From Nitrososphaerales archaeon (GTDB lineage: Archaea; Thermoproteota; Nitrososphaeria; Nitrososphaerales; UBA213): a DNA stretch of 54,272 nucleotides. The notes beneath the pieces were generated by a model. It had not been told where the DNA came from and made no database searches. It worked only from the letters and a program-made list of their open reading frames with translations. Both the position numbers and the translations under genes were made by a program. Of the stretch, positions 37,388 to 47,801 are shown in pieces (the first letter of the stretch is position 1; every line of letters begins with the position of its first letter). The stretch is taken from positions 1 through 54,272 of the forward strand of contig JBHICH010000006.1 of the NCBI GenBank assembly GCA_046759465.1, written 5' to 3'.

Positions 37388-38645
37388 CTACTACGCCAGC
37401 ACCTATCAATCGCCATCTATCTGCTATCCTTCTGCTAATGGCTATCCTGCTATTTTCTAAAACACAAACAGGTCTTCTGAATTGAATTTCGATCCTACTA
37501 TCTCTTACAGACTTTGAAGTTGCAGGTACAGCTGTTGTGCCTATGTTAACTCTTAATGACTCATTAACTTTGATAGGATCAACCTTTACCAGCTCTGGAG
37601 TACCAACGGCGGTTTCAAAAAGTTGAGTATCTATTGATACACCCTCACTTTCTTTTGGCAGAGTGTCTGGCTTGCCTATGAGCGAGCCTATCAAAGAATC
37701 ACTTCTGGTATCAGTTGGATCCAGTTTTGTGCCTATTGCAACCAGCCCTCCTGGCTTGACTGTTTCAACAATTCCAGCACCAGTACCAAGGCTTGCAATT
37801 TCTGTTACAACCGATTGATACTTTGCTTTTTTGTCATCATAAATTCCAGGTCTGATCTCTATTTCATCACCAGTTTTGAATTCTCCTTGAACAAGCGCAC
37901 CCCCCAGTACACCTCCTTTGATATCCTTGACAGATGTACCTGGTTTATTTACATCGAAGGAACGTAAAACATGCATCACCGGATTAAGACTAAGATCTCT
38001 TTTTGGTGTAGGGATATTTTCTTCTATTGCTTGAATGATTGCATCTATGTTCAACTTGTGCTGTGCAGAAACTGGTAATATCGGTGCTTTTTCTGCAATG
38101 CTACCCTTGATGAAATTCTTTATCTGCTTGTAATTTTCCATTGCGTCTTCATATGAGATGAGATCAGCTTTATTCTGAGTTATAATCAGATGCTTGATGC
38201 CCAAAATTTCTAGAGCCAAAAAATGTTCTCTAGTTTGCGGTTTCGGTACGGTTTCGTTAGCTGCAATTACCAGTACTGCACCATCCATCACGGCAGCACC
38301 AGAGAGCATGTTTGCCATTAGACTTTCGTGACCAGGTGAGTCAACGAAGCTAGCAACTCTTTGCAGTTCGCTTTTACCGCCACATTCAGGACATTTTGGT
38401 GATGTTGAATAGCAAATAGGTGGTTCGCATGATTGGCATTTGTAGAATGCAGCATCGGCGTAACCAACCCTGATCGTGATTCCTCTTTTCAATTCCTCAC
38501 TATGTGCGCTTGTCCAAACACCAGTGATAGCTTCTACCAGGGTTGTTTTACCATGATCCACATGACCAGCTGTACCAATATTAATGCAGGGCTGATATCC
38601 GTACTGGTCAATATACCAATCAGGTAAAGTTTCCTTCCAGTGCAA
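37380..38645 (-). CDS. eif2g: Translation initiation factor aIF2 gamma
   Basis: GHVDHGKTT, RGITI, DSPGHE, QNKAD, WRLIGAG. Confidence 0.98.
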   Translation of the reverse strand: MHWKETLPDWYIDQYGYQPCINIGTAGHVDHGKTTLVEAITGVWTSAHSEELKRGITIRVGYADAAFYKCQSCEPPICYSTSPKCPECGGKSELQRVASFVDSPGHESLMANMLSGAAVMDGAVLVIAANETVPKPQTREHFLALEILGIKHLIITQNKADLISYEDAMENYKQIKNFIKGSIAEKAPILPVSAQHKLNIDAIIQAIEENIPTPKRDLSLNPVMHVLRSFDVNKPGTSVKDIKGGVLGGALVQGEFKTGDEIEIRPGIYDDKKAKYQSVVTEIASLGTGAGIVETVKPGGLVAIGTKLDPTDTRSDSLIGSLIGKPDTLPKESEGVSIDTQLFETAVGTPELVKVDPIKVNESLRVNIGTTAVPATSKSVRDSRIEIQFRRPVCVLENSRIAISRRIADRWRLIGAGVVVG

Positions 38646-38736
38646 CTCACTATGCTAGAAAGTTAGGAGTATGTTAATCTTTGTTTTAATTTTGTATACA
38701 CTAACTTTATTAATTAACCGGAGATATATTGTGTGC

Positions 38737-39270
38737 ATGTACGCGGGGATCAAAAAGAAAACTTCTGTCATGTCTTTTCGGCTCGATCAAGATACTGTTG
38801 AAGCATTAAGGGAAGAGGCAGAAGAAGAGGAGGTAAGTCTTAATGTTTTAGCAAATCATGTGTTCAGAAGGTATGTGGAGTGGGAAAGATTTGCACAAAA
38901 GGCTGGTTTTATTCCAATAACAAAAGAGTTGCTGACTGCATTGTTAAATGAAGTTAATCAAGAAAAGATCGAGGAACTGGTTAAAAAGATTGGTAAGGAA
39001 GTTATTAAAGCGCAAATTCTCTATATGGAGAACAAGTATGATCTAGACTCTTTTATAAAATGGTCGGAAGCAAGAAATAGAATTTCAGGATTTGCACATA
39101 AACGTGTTCGTGATGGCGATAATCATGAATACATAATCCAGCATGATCTTAACTTTAATTGGTCTTTATACATGAAGACCATTTACGAAATGGTTCTTGA
39201 AGATGTTTACAAGAAAAAAGTAGAGTTTGAATTAACTCCATCGACTGTTGTATTTAGACTCGAGCACTAA
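38737..39270 (+). CDS. Thaumarchaeal-type protein with N-terminal RHH-like DNA-binding motif
   Basis: SVMSFRLD...L.EEAE..EVSLN.L; IQHDL..NWS C-terminal motif; ATG 38737 preferred. Confidence 0.65.
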   Translation: MYAGIKKKTSVMSFRLDQDTVEALREEAEEEEVSLNVLANHVFRRYVEWERFAQKAGFIPITKELLTALLNEVNQEKIEELVKKIGKEVIKAQILYMENKYDLDSFIKWSEARNRISGFAHKRVRDGDNHEYIIQHDLNFNWSLYMKTIYEMVLEDVYKKKVEFELTPSTVVFRLEH

Positions 39271-39274
39271 GAAT

Positions 39275-39640
39275 TTAGCTTGTAACATAAACTGATTCAA
39301 ACCGCTCCTCTTGTTTTGCTTTTTCTTCTTTTGCTTTTTCTTCTTTTGCTTTTTTATTAACAGCAATTGGTTTCGGCTTTGAATTTAATAATATATTTTC
39401 AAGATATGCAATCGTTATCAGTGCTACTACTGCACCTGCAAGAAGTACCCATTTATGCATAGCTAAACCAGAGCCTATGTTATTTGGCTGAGAACCATTG
39501 CCGCTCTGCGATATCGATGCAAGCGATTTAATTGAAACTGTTATGATCTTTACTGCACCCAGTATCGTGGCAACCGCCTCCAATCCGGTTGTGATAGCCG
39601 AGAGACGTGTGAACTTCTTCGTGTTTTCACCCCCTAACAC
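39275..39640 (-). CDS. Hypothetical membrane protein with AKEEK repeats
   Basis: Two hydrophobic segments; 15-bp tandem repeat 39314-39354. Confidence 0.5.
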   Translation of the reverse strand: MLGGENTKKFTRLSAITTGLEAVATILGAVKIITVSIKSLASISQSGNGSQPNNIGSGLAMHKWVLLAGAVVALITIAYLENILLNSKPKPIAVNKKAKEEKAKEEKAKQEERFESVYVTS

Positions 39641-39762
39641 TAGCGATATGATTTTGTATTTAGAGAGTACGTTTACGGTGCATTGGCAAGTAAACAGATC
39701 ATTGCATTGATCGTCTGTTCATTTGAAAAGTTTACAAAATAAGATAAACTGTTGCAAAAACA

Positions 39763-40104
39763 TTAGGAAGTCAGCACTACGTTAAGTTGGTAGATATCAT
39801 CGGTGATAAGATTGCCCCTGATAAGTTTCCTTCTTCTTTGTCCAAATTCTATTGCCTGCAAACCTACACCCTTTGATAGCAAAACATACTTCTTCACAGC
39901 GCCATGAACATCAGACCGCATTGGTATGCCCGATTTGTCACTACCACCTGTGATCCTGATCTTGCCCTTTAAGCCCAGAACTGTTGCATCGACAACATCT
40001 CCGATCTTAAGTCCCAGTAGTGGTTGGGCATGTTTATCCTTGAGTTCGTGAACTGTACTCTTTGCATTCTTTGGATCTGCAACTACTAACTTGAAGGCTG
40101 CCAA
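39763..40104 (-). CDS. rps6e: Ribosomal protein eS6
   Basis: FKLVVADP, ITGGSDKSGIPMR, RRRKLIRGN. Confidence 0.97.
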   Translation of the reverse strand: MAAFKLVVADPKNAKSTVHELKDKHAQPLLGLKIGDVVDATVLGLKGKIRITGGSDKSGIPMRSDVHGAVKKYVLLSKGVGLQAIEFGQRRRKLIRGNLITDDIYQLNVVLTS

Positions 40105-40195
40105 CTTTAATCATGCTCTTGAATACCATTAATTAATGTTCTGATAAAACGAAACTTATGTTAGGTTTATTAATGCAACCAAAAAATTTGATTTC

Positions 40196-40459
40196 GTGAG
40201 TAGAAAGGCTATTCTATTTATCGATAACAGTATCGATTGTGTGAAGGCCAGAAAGCTTTTGGTTAAATCTAAGATTGATTTTATTGAATACAATTTTAAG
40301 GAAATATTAGAGTCGGGATGCTGTGGAGAGGGCTTTACAACCAAGGCACCATCGATATTTGCTCCTGAAGGAATTTTTCGTGGAATTAATGAAATAAAGA
40401 GATATGTGAAGATGAGAAAGAGCAAGAAGCAGATTGAAAGTGAAAGTGCGTACTGGTAA
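40196..40459 (+). CDS. Small glutaredoxin-like protein
   Basis: DCVKARKLL (CxxA), APSIF, GCC motif. Confidence 0.6.
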   Translation: MSRKAILFIDNSIDCVKARKLLVKSKIDFIEYNFKEILESGCCGEGFTTKAPSIFAPEGIFRGINEIKRYVKMRKSKKQIESESAYW

Positions 40460-40461
40460 AA

Positions 40462-40641
40462 TTATTCGTTAAAACTGTTCTGTGAGTCGGTGTAGTTTGT
40501 AACTATGCTACCAACCCTATCCTTCATCTTCTCTATATAACCTTCGAAATTATCTTCGTAACCACAATGCTGACACTTCACTTTTGTCATTTCATCATTA
40601 ACCTCTGCCCTCTTTTCGCATTGTGGGCATTTGGCTTCCAT
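40462..40641 (-). CDS. 59-aa zinc-ribbon protein (not in ORF track)
   Basis: MEAKCPQCEKRAEVNDEMTKVKCQHCGYEDNFEGYIEKMK... Confidence 0.8.
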   Translation of the reverse strand: MEAKCPQCEKRAEVNDEMTKVKCQHCGYEDNFEGYIEKMKDRVGSIVTNYTDSQNSFNE

Positions 40642-40844
40642 TGGTCATTTTATATTCACTAACTATATAATACTTGGTAGCAGCCGAGCAATCTAATAAT
40701 CTTCCTGACGTATCATATTGGCATCTTTGGGAGTGACATGCTGCTTGTGCTTACGATATTTTTTAATTTTAATCAATAGAGCATTCCGATGTTCGCGTGC
40801 TAAATGCTATCATTCACTGGACATGCTCCTAGACTTTCCTACGC

Positions 40845-42152
40845 CTAGAAAATTCCCACGATTTGAGTTATTATAGTAGATATAATCAGGGCAGGAGCAG
40901 CAATCTTCACTACAGTTAGCATCCACGTTGGTATCTTGACTGGGCTGTTAAGATTTACCTGTTCCAATATCTTCTCCTTCTGCATAAACCATCCAACTAC
41001 AATTACAAAGATTGCAGCAGAGATTGCAATTCCAAATGTTCCGAACATGAAATCCATTAGGTCAAAGAATGGCATTGCAAATGCCTGTAGATTCAATGTG
41101 CTGTAACTCAATGCTGAAGGCAATCCGACTACTAGCAAAAGCATTACGATAATCAGTGCAGATTTGTGTCTGCTGAAACCTAAAGAATCCTCAAGTGAAG
41201 CTACGGGTACTTGGAACATCGATATCGATGAGGTAAGACCAGCTATGAGTAGAAGAAAGAAGAACAGAGCACCTACAATCATACCAAACTCCATATGCGA
41301 AAATATCGAGGGCATAGCTCTGAAAACCAGAGATGTTCCTTCTGCAGGATCCATACCAAATGCGAATACGATCGAGAATACCATCAATCCTGCCATAAAG
41401 GCGATTATTAAATCTGCAATAATTATTACGATCGAGGATGTTAGAAGTGATCGTTTTTCGCGAAGATAGCTTCCATATGTAAGCAGTATTCCAGTTCCTA
41501 TAGAGAGTGAAAAGAATGCTTGTCCAAATGCAGTAGACCAGACAGCAGGATCTGATAATTTAGAAAAATCAGGCATAAGATAGAAGTCGATACCTTTATC
41601 GGAACCAGGAAGGAGAACTCCTAAAACTGTTAGAGGTATCATTATTCCAATCAGCAGCAAAACACCGATCTTGTTCAGTCGCTCTATTCCCCTGGTTACT
41701 CCACTTCTTATTATGGCATAGTTGATTCCAAGGATGGCGAAAAAGGAAATAAGTGGATATAGTGAGTCAGCAAAAGTATCAAAGGCTAGCGGTAGGCCAA
41801 ATAGCATCAGCAAGAAGTAGGACAGAATCCAGCCAAGGATCACCAAGTAGTAACTGAGAATTGCGGATACTACACTTACTATTGCAACTCCTAACCATTT
41901 GAACTTCTTTCTGATGTTAATCAAACTCGTTATCACAGATGTCTGATAATGCCTACCAACAGCAAACTCCAAGATCATAAATGACAGACCAAAAGTGAAG
42001 ATGATTATCAAGTAAGGCACGAGAAATGCGCCGCCGCCGCTTGTCCCGACAATATATGGAAATCTCCAGATGTTTCCAATGCCTACTGCAGAACCGATGG
42101 CAGCAAAGATAAAACCAACATACGAGCCCCACTGCTCTCTGTTGCTTCTCAT
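40845..42152 (-). CDS. Sodium-dependent transporter, NSS/SNF family
   Basis: REQW, GSAVGIGNIWRFPY, GGGAF, QAFFSLSIG. Confidence 0.95.
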   Translation of the reverse strand: MRSNREQWGSYVGFIFAAIGSAVGIGNIWRFPYIVGTSGGGAFLVPYLIIIFTFGLSFMILEFAVGRHYQTSVITSLINIRKKFKWLGVAIVSVVSAILSYYLVILGWILSYFLLMLFGLPLAFDTFADSLYPLISFFAILGINYAIIRSGVTRGIERLNKIGVLLLIGIMIPLTVLGVLLPGSDKGIDFYLMPDFSKLSDPAVWSTAFGQAFFSLSIGTGILLTYGSYLREKRSLLTSSIVIIIADLIIAFMAGLMVFSIVFAFGMDPAEGTSLVFRAMPSIFSHMEFGMIVGALFFFLLLIAGLTSSISMFQVPVASLEDSLGFSRHKSALIIVMLLLVVGLPSALSYSTLNLQAFAMPFFDLMDFMFGTFGIAISAAIFVIVVGWFMQKEKILEQVNLNSPVKIPTWMLTVVKIAAPALIISTIITQIVGIF

Positions 42153-42216
42153 CCTCTATGAAAATACTAGACGATTTAAAAACAAGCGGTTTAAGCAAGC
42201 ACGAGTTGAGTTTAAT

Positions 42217-42600
42217 TCAAGTGCTTATTGATGGTGGTAACGGGGAGTCTCTTGACACTTCATAAGGGCGAAGATCCTTCAAATCCATATCACAGAAGAC
42301 GTTCTTTCCCACAACTTTGATATTCTTCTTTGGAATATCCCATCGTTCACCACCAGCATCAGCGAAGACTACTATAACATCATCTGCTTCTCTAACGACG
42401 TGTCCGATATAGACTCTGTCCCTCACCATCACACCCATATTGAAGAGTGTTCCTCCCCATGGTACACTTTCAGGTTTCTCTACCTCTTCGAATATTATCT
42501 TTGAACCCGCTGGTATAAATGAACGGGCAAGAATCAGATTACCATCCTTGTTAACAATGCGGATGTAACTCGATTTTTCTATTACCTTTTCTTGGTTCAT
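42217..42600 (-). CDS. Hypothetical protein, PRC-barrel-like C-terminal domain
   Basis: YIGHVV...RWDIPK...YEVSRDSPLP. Confidence 0.55.
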   Translation of the reverse strand: MNQEKVIEKSSYIRIVNKDGNLILARSFIPAGSKIIFEEVEKPESVPWGGTLFNMGVMVRDRVYIGHVVREADDVIVVFADAGGERWDIPKKNIKVVGKNVFCDMDLKDLRPYEVSRDSPLPPSIST

Positions 42601-42753
42601 ATGCCACCTTTATTCCGTTAGGTTTCTAATTAAATTATCGCCGATTACGGTAGTCCACGAAGCAATGAACATTCTATGAAGTAAAAGTGTTGTTCTATTG
42701 TTGCACCGTATGACATTTATTGAATCAATTCTACCAGTCTTATAAGCAGGAAA

Positions 42754-44157
42754 ATGAATCCAAAACTCGGTTTGCTAATTTTAACACTTGCAGCCACGAT
42801 CCTTTTAGTAGCATTAATTCAGATTCCAGTTCCGGCATATGGTCACGGACTGGCTAATGATATAGCCCCTGCCGCAACAATGGGTGATATAAAAGTAACA
42901 GTATTTGTCAAAATGACTCCAGCATTCCTAAAGGCTTCAATCCCTGAAGATGCCACCATACAGATCATATTTCAAAATGTTGAGACAGGACAACCCATAC
43001 CTCACGTAACATACTTCGTTAGAATAGATAAGGACGGAAAAGTCTTGATGGCTGACAGATTCCATGATCACGAAGGTGATTTAGAGATTAAGATTAGACC
43101 GAAGGAAGCTCAAGAAACCACGGTATTTGGAGAAAAAGAACCGATACTGGGCGGTTGGTTTAGCAGAGGAGGTCCTGTCCTTGCTGAAGGACCAATATTT
43201 CTAGACGGTGGAATGCACCACTTCTACGTCGAGATACTCTCCATAGTTAATGATAATACCATCTTAGATCAGCCAGTAAAGTTCGATGCGTATGTAACTG
43301 TTGGAGAGAGAACAACGTACACTGTAACTGATGGTGGAGGTCAGCAATATACGCTTGGCATAAGTACATACTTCGACAAGATAAAGGAGTTTGAATACGA
43401 TGATAAAAATAAGGTCATCGAATTTTCGATGCCTTTCACCTGGGATATGGGCTTTCTTGGTCAAGTGCCATTGGTGCACGAGGAGGTTGTGATTCCCAAG
43501 GCCTTCAGTGAACTGATGTCTGGTGGTTATAAGGCAACAGTTAACGGAATAGAAGTACCGCGAACAGCCATCATGATAGACGATGCAGATCCTGAAAAGC
43601 GTCTAGTGCACTACATGTTAACAAATGAAAAACTGATGAGGATAGCAGAGAAGGTGCACGAGCAAAGCGATGGAAGTCCTGCAGAAGTTGCAATATTCAC
43701 TCTGAGGCCGAGTGAGCCTGTATTCCCACTGCAGACATTCACCCCAAATGAAATCTACAAGGTGGAGCTATCATGGAGTCCCGCAACTATCGAGCCGGGG
43801 AAGCCAACGAAGTTCATATTCAACTTCAGAGATCCGAAAACTGATTCCACGATAAGGCAAGTGCCCTACACGTTCATGCTGATAAAGGATGGCGAAGAAA
43901 TTTACAAGTCTTCAAAAACGGCGGTAATTGGTGCAGAAGTAGAAGAATTTACATTCAATGAGCAACAAGCTGGCTCTGTCTCTCTCAGGATAGAAAAAAT
44001 CAATAATACGGATGAGTTCGTGCAGTTTGAACTTTTTGTCATTCCCGAATTTCCAATTAGCATGCTTGCAATTTTGGCTGCTGGGGTATTTGTAATAGCT
44101 ATTCTTATTACGAAAAGGGCATCGGGTCAAGTTCTAAGAGTTGCTTGCTCAAAGTAA
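42754..44157 (+). CDS. Secreted PEF-CTERM surface protein with HDH domain
   Basis: Signal peptide ending AYG|HG, FHDHEG motif, C-terminal IPEFP + TM + KR. Confidence 0.85.
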   Translation: MNPKLGLLILTLAATILLVALIQIPVPAYGHGLANDIAPAATMGDIKVTVFVKMTPAFLKASIPEDATIQIIFQNVETGQPIPHVTYFVRIDKDGKVLMADRFHDHEGDLEIKIRPKEAQETTVFGEKEPILGGWFSRGGPVLAEGPIFLDGGMHHFYVEILSIVNDNTILDQPVKFDAYVTVGERTTYTVTDGGGQQYTLGISTYFDKIKEFEYDDKNKVIEFSMPFTWDMGFLGQVPLVHEEVVIPKAFSELMSGGYKATVNGIEVPRTAIMIDDADPEKRLVHYMLTNEKLMRIAEKVHEQSDGSPAEVAIFTLRPSEPVFPLQTFTPNEIYKVELSWSPATIEPGKPTKFIFNFRDPKTDSTIRQVPYTFMLIKDGEEIYKSSKTAVIGAEVEEFTFNEQQAGSVSLRIEKINNTDEFVQFELFVIPEFPISMLAILAAGVFVIAILITKRASGQVLRVACSK

Positions 44158-44161
44158 AAAC

Positions 44162-45094
44162 TTATTTTGCAAGAATGTAGTCTTCTTGCCGTATCATATT
44201 TGTCTCTTTTGTCTTCCTGAGAACCTTATCGATCAACTTGACAAACCAGTGCTGCTTGAAATCTATTTTGGTTGGTATTGATAGTTCAACCTTCTTTACT
44301 CCATCGATATTCTTTACGGTCTTAAACATCTCATCCATAGAATATACGTTATCGCTGTATAAAATTATGACAATCATACTTTTTTGATACAACGGTGGCG
44401 GTGGGAGCAGAAAATGATCTCCTAATTGTCTGTATATCTTATCGACAACATCATTGTACTTTTTTTCATCTATATCAAGCATGAGCGAAAATTGTATAAA
44501 ACCTCGCATCGCTGCAGGATTGTAGATCATTGAAAAACGTGCTATATCCATCTTGGTAAGGAAGTCCAGCCTTCTCTTCACAGTCCGGGAAGATATCCTG
44601 ATCACCTTTGCTATGTCATTGGAGTATGCCCTGGGGTACTTTATCAGATGCCTAAGTAGCATCAAATCCGTACGCAGTAACTTTTTTGCTGGTACACCTC
44701 TTATAGAAAATATGTTTGTTATAATGGCTGGCCTGACCAAAGTTTTTACAAGTTCCATCTTTTGGTCCAATTCACCTCTTACTGCAATGCCAAGAATAGT
44801 GATACCACCAACACAGTTTATGATCATGAAGATATCTCCTATGAGCTTCATTTTATCCAAGATCATCTGATCTTCTTCTTTTCCCTGACTGATAATGACA
44901 TAGATCAAGTCGTAGCCAAATGCCTCTAACTTTATTTGTGCAATGAATCGAGCTATTACACCATCGTCGATCATCTCCATTACACGATTTTTTACTGTGT
45001 TACCGCTCAACCCCAGTTCACCACCAATGGTCTGATATGATGCTCTGCCATTTGCTAGCAATATGCGCATTATGTTGAGATTCGTTATATCCAA
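44162..45094 (-). CDS. Tandem Lrp/AsnC-family transcriptional regulator
   Basis: Two wHTH units (NGRASY..IG..LGLSGNTVKNRV; PRA...IA..IRISSRTVKRRL). Confidence 0.88.
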   Translation of the reverse strand: MDITNLNIMRILLANGRASYQTIGGELGLSGNTVKNRVMEMIDDGVIARFIAQIKLEAFGYDLIYVIISQGKEEDQMILDKMKLIGDIFMIINCVGGITILGIAVRGELDQKMELVKTLVRPAIITNIFSIRGVPAKKLLRTDLMLLRHLIKYPRAYSNDIAKVIRISSRTVKRRLDFLTKMDIARFSMIYNPAAMRGFIQFSLMLDIDEKKYNDVVDKIYRQLGDHFLLPPPPLYQKSMIVIILYSDNVYSMDEMFKTVKNIDGVKKVELSIPTKIDFKQHWFVKLIDKVLRKTKETNMIRQEDYILAK

Positions 45095-45130
45095 CTATGA
45101 CCGTTCTCCTAACAATTACTTCTATAAGTA

Positions 45131-45173
45131 GACACACTAATATTCCTTGTGTCAGCAAAACGCAGTAGCGTTT
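45131..45173. promoter_or_regulatory. Two inverted repeats in the divergent lrp/ABC promoter
   Basis: GACACA-n11-TGTGTC (45131-45153) and AAACGC-AGTA-GCGTTT (45158-45173), just upstream of TTATAAAA. Confidence 0.4.
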
Positions 45174-45213
45174 GCACTACTTATAAAAACCGAAAATTCC
45201 CACTAATCACGTT

Positions 45214-45942
45214 ATGTCGCTTGTAGCCCATACAACACAGGATAGACCCGTAGACAATGTAGTACTGCAGACTGTGAACCTGACAAAGGTTTTCAATTCT
45301 AGCGTTGTTAAGGTCATTGCGCTCAAGGATGTTAACATCTCTATAAGAAAAGGTGAATTTGTTTCGATAGTTGGTCCTTCTGGCAGTGGGAAATCTACAT
45401 TGCTAAATTTGCTTGGAGCACTCGACAGACCTTCGAAAGGACACGTATTCATAGATGGCGTAGATATATTTTCTCTTAGCGATGGTGATGTCGCAAGGAT
45501 CAGAAACAAGAAGATAGGCTTTGTATTTCAATCATATAATTTAATCAACAGAACCACTGTTCTTAGAAACATCGAGATACCTTCTATAATAACAGGAATG
45601 GCAAAGCAGAAGCGAATCAGCAGGGCAAGGAAGATACTAAAGTTGTTAGGAATAGAAGATAAGGCCGATTTCAAACCGAGTACATTAAGTGGTGGCGAGC
45701 AGCAGAGGGTGGCCATAGCGCGTTCATTAATGAACAACCCATCGGTAATACTTGCCGATGAGCCCACTGGCAACCTTGATACTAAGACCGGCCAGGAAGT
45801 TTTTGATCTCTTGAAGGTACTTTCACACAAATACAACAGAACCATAGTGATGGTAACGCATAACAAAGAGCTCTCAGATGCAACCAATAGATCGATCTAC
45901 ATTAGAGATGGGATGATTGAAAAGGAGGAAATAAATAATTGA
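45214..45942 (+). CDS. ABC transporter ATP-binding subunit (LolD/MacB type)
   Basis: [35 protein letters not shown]. Confidence 0.96.
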   Translation: MSLVAHTTQDRPVDNVVLQTVNLTKVFNSSVVKVIALKDVNISIRKGEFVSIVGPSGSGKSTLLNLLGALDRPSKGHVFIDGVDIFSLSDGDVARIRNKKIGFVFQSYNLINRTTVLRNIEIPSIITGMAKQKRISRARKILKLLGIEDKADFKPSTLSGGEQQRVAIARSLMNNPSVILADEPTGNLDTKTGQEVFDLLKVLSHKYNRTIVMVTHNKELSDATNRSIYIRDGMIEKEEINN

Positions 45943-47801
45943 AGATTTCGAGTGTAATACTTGCTGTAATTCTATTTGGGTCAGTTATAACCCCTACTAT
46001 GGTATTTGCGCACTATCCACACATTGAAGATGAATGCGCTCAAACAGAAGAGCTGGGAAGCAGGGAAAAATGTCTCTTGGATAAAAGGGAGTCTGGCAAG
46101 GAGGTGAAGTTTGTGGACATCTTCTTCAGTGAACATCTCAACAATGTTGGAGGGAACGCAGATAACACGATACCTACCAAGATGGAAGTCGAACCAGGAG
46201 ATGGTACAACTATACTTGTCGCTGTCTTGGCTAATTCCGGCCCATATGAGTTAACCGGTTTGAAGGGATGGCTGAGTCTGCCTGTAGGATTCGAAGCTGC
46301 GGGTAGAGCTGCGGGTGAGCCAGCCTTTGACTCGTACGATCTTGGCATACCACCTGGTGCTGTATTCGTATTTGAATTTCCAGTTGACGTAAAAGAGAAT
46401 ACACGTGTTGGAATGTACAAAGCAATTCTGCACATAGAATACTACAAGGCCAGAGATATCGGTCAGAATTTCAGGAATTTTGAAGTAGAATTTCTTTTAC
46501 CGGGTAAGAGCGTGCTTGATGCAAGACCAGTTAACTCCGTATTGCTACCAAGCAGTAATAACAATCCACTGATAGAAATTGTAAATGATGGAAGTGCAGC
46601 TGCGTCGGGTCTAATAGCGAGTGTTGGGCCATCAGGTGAAGCTGCAGCTGTTATTGAAACAGAATCACAAGCATCACAGGTCAATCAGCTAGTCAACATT
46701 GGAAAAAAGGTCTTCAATGTAGGTGTAATAGAGCCCCATAGCAAAGTAGTAATCGATCCAATCCTATATGTCAACCCAGCACTCGGCGATACGAGGCAAG
46801 TCTTAGTAGTAGATATCAGGTATTTTGATGCTTACGGGCAGGTAAGAACGGTAGGGCTTCCAGTCAATTTTCTAGTTGCGGGAACGGCGACGGAAAGCAT
46901 AGACTTCAACGTAACTACTGACAAGCATGTAATTCATACCATAACAAATACATCATTTACAGTTACACTGCACAATACTGGAGTAGAAACCGCAAGATCT
47001 GTTGAAGTTACTGTTAATACTCCCTTGACAGCAACCGTAGCACTGGAGCAGCAGGTACCCGAAGCCTCCCAATCGCCTATCAGCATTATAGGAGGAGATG
47101 GGTACATGAGAATCAGCGAGATCAAACCAGATCAAAGTGCTGATGTAGAAGTAACATTATTCGCCTCTGAAGAAGCTGTCAACACAGCATTCCAGCTGCC
47201 GGTTACGATATCATATCTAGATACGTCTGGAGGAATGAAGCATATCCAGAGGCAGGTCAGTGTGTATGTGCAAGGAACGATCGGTTTGCGTGTATATGAT
47301 CTTGGCACAACGTACATTGGTAATGAACCGAATCTATCTGGTTACATTTTGAATGAAGGTACAAACCTGGCACTCTTCACTACAGTTGAGCTGCTTGATG
47401 GACAAGATTCCATAAAACCGGCTGCTGGTTCGCAGTATCTAGGTGATTTAACAGCCAACTCTCCTCTACCATTTAACATTCCTATCAGGTTTAAACCAGG
47501 AATAAGTGCTGGAAATTATCCCGTAACTTTAATGATATCCTTCAAGGACGATCTTAGGGTTCCCTTTGAAGTTAAAATTGATGGAGAAATATCCTATGAA
47601 CCGATAGTAGAGGTAAAGAGAGACAGTTATCCAAGTTACGCAATGATTGCTACAGCTGCGGTTATTGCAGGTGTTTTAGGCATTGGGGTCTATTCTTTAC
47701 GAAAGAAAAAGATAAAGCTACCAATATGGGCGAAAAAGAAGAAAGATGATTCAAGTAAAGATGATGATGATATTGATTTTCTGAGCGAAAACAAACAGTA
47801 A
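45939..47801 (+). CDS. S-layer-domain (COG1361-like) secreted protein with C-terminal TM anchor
   Basis: Signal peptide, repeated Ig-like N-x-G / Y-x-D motifs, YLGDL..NS..PF, TM + KKK. Confidence 0.8.
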   Translation: MKISSVILAVILFGSVITPTMVFAHYPHIEDECAQTEELGSREKCLLDKRESGKEVKFVDIFFSEHLNNVGGNADNTIPTKMEVEPGDGTTILVAVLANSGPYELTGLKGWLSLPVGFEAAGRAAGEPAFDSYDLGIPPGAVFVFEFPVDVKENTRVGMYKAILHIEYYKARDIGQNFRNFEVEFLLPGKSVLDARPVNSVLLPSSNNNPLIEIVNDGSAAASGLIASVGPSGEAAAVIETESQASQVNQLVNIGKKVFNVGVIEPHSKVVIDPILYVNPALGDTRQVLVVDIRYFDAYGQVRTVGLPVNFLVAGTATESIDFNVTTDKHVIHTITNTSFTVTLHNTGVETARSVEVTVNTPLTATVALEQQVPEASQSPISIIGGDGYMRISEIKPDQSADVEVTLFASEEAVNTAFQLPVTISYLDTSGGMKHIQRQVSVYVQGTIGLRVYDLGTTYIGNEPNLSGYILNEGTNLALFTTVELLDGQDSIKPAAGSQYLGDLTANSPLPFNIPIRFKPGISAGNYPVTLMISFKDDLRVPFEVKIDGEISYEPIVEVKRDSYPSYAMIATAAVIAGVLGIGVYSLRKKKIKLPIWAKKKKDDSSKDDDDIDFLSENKQ

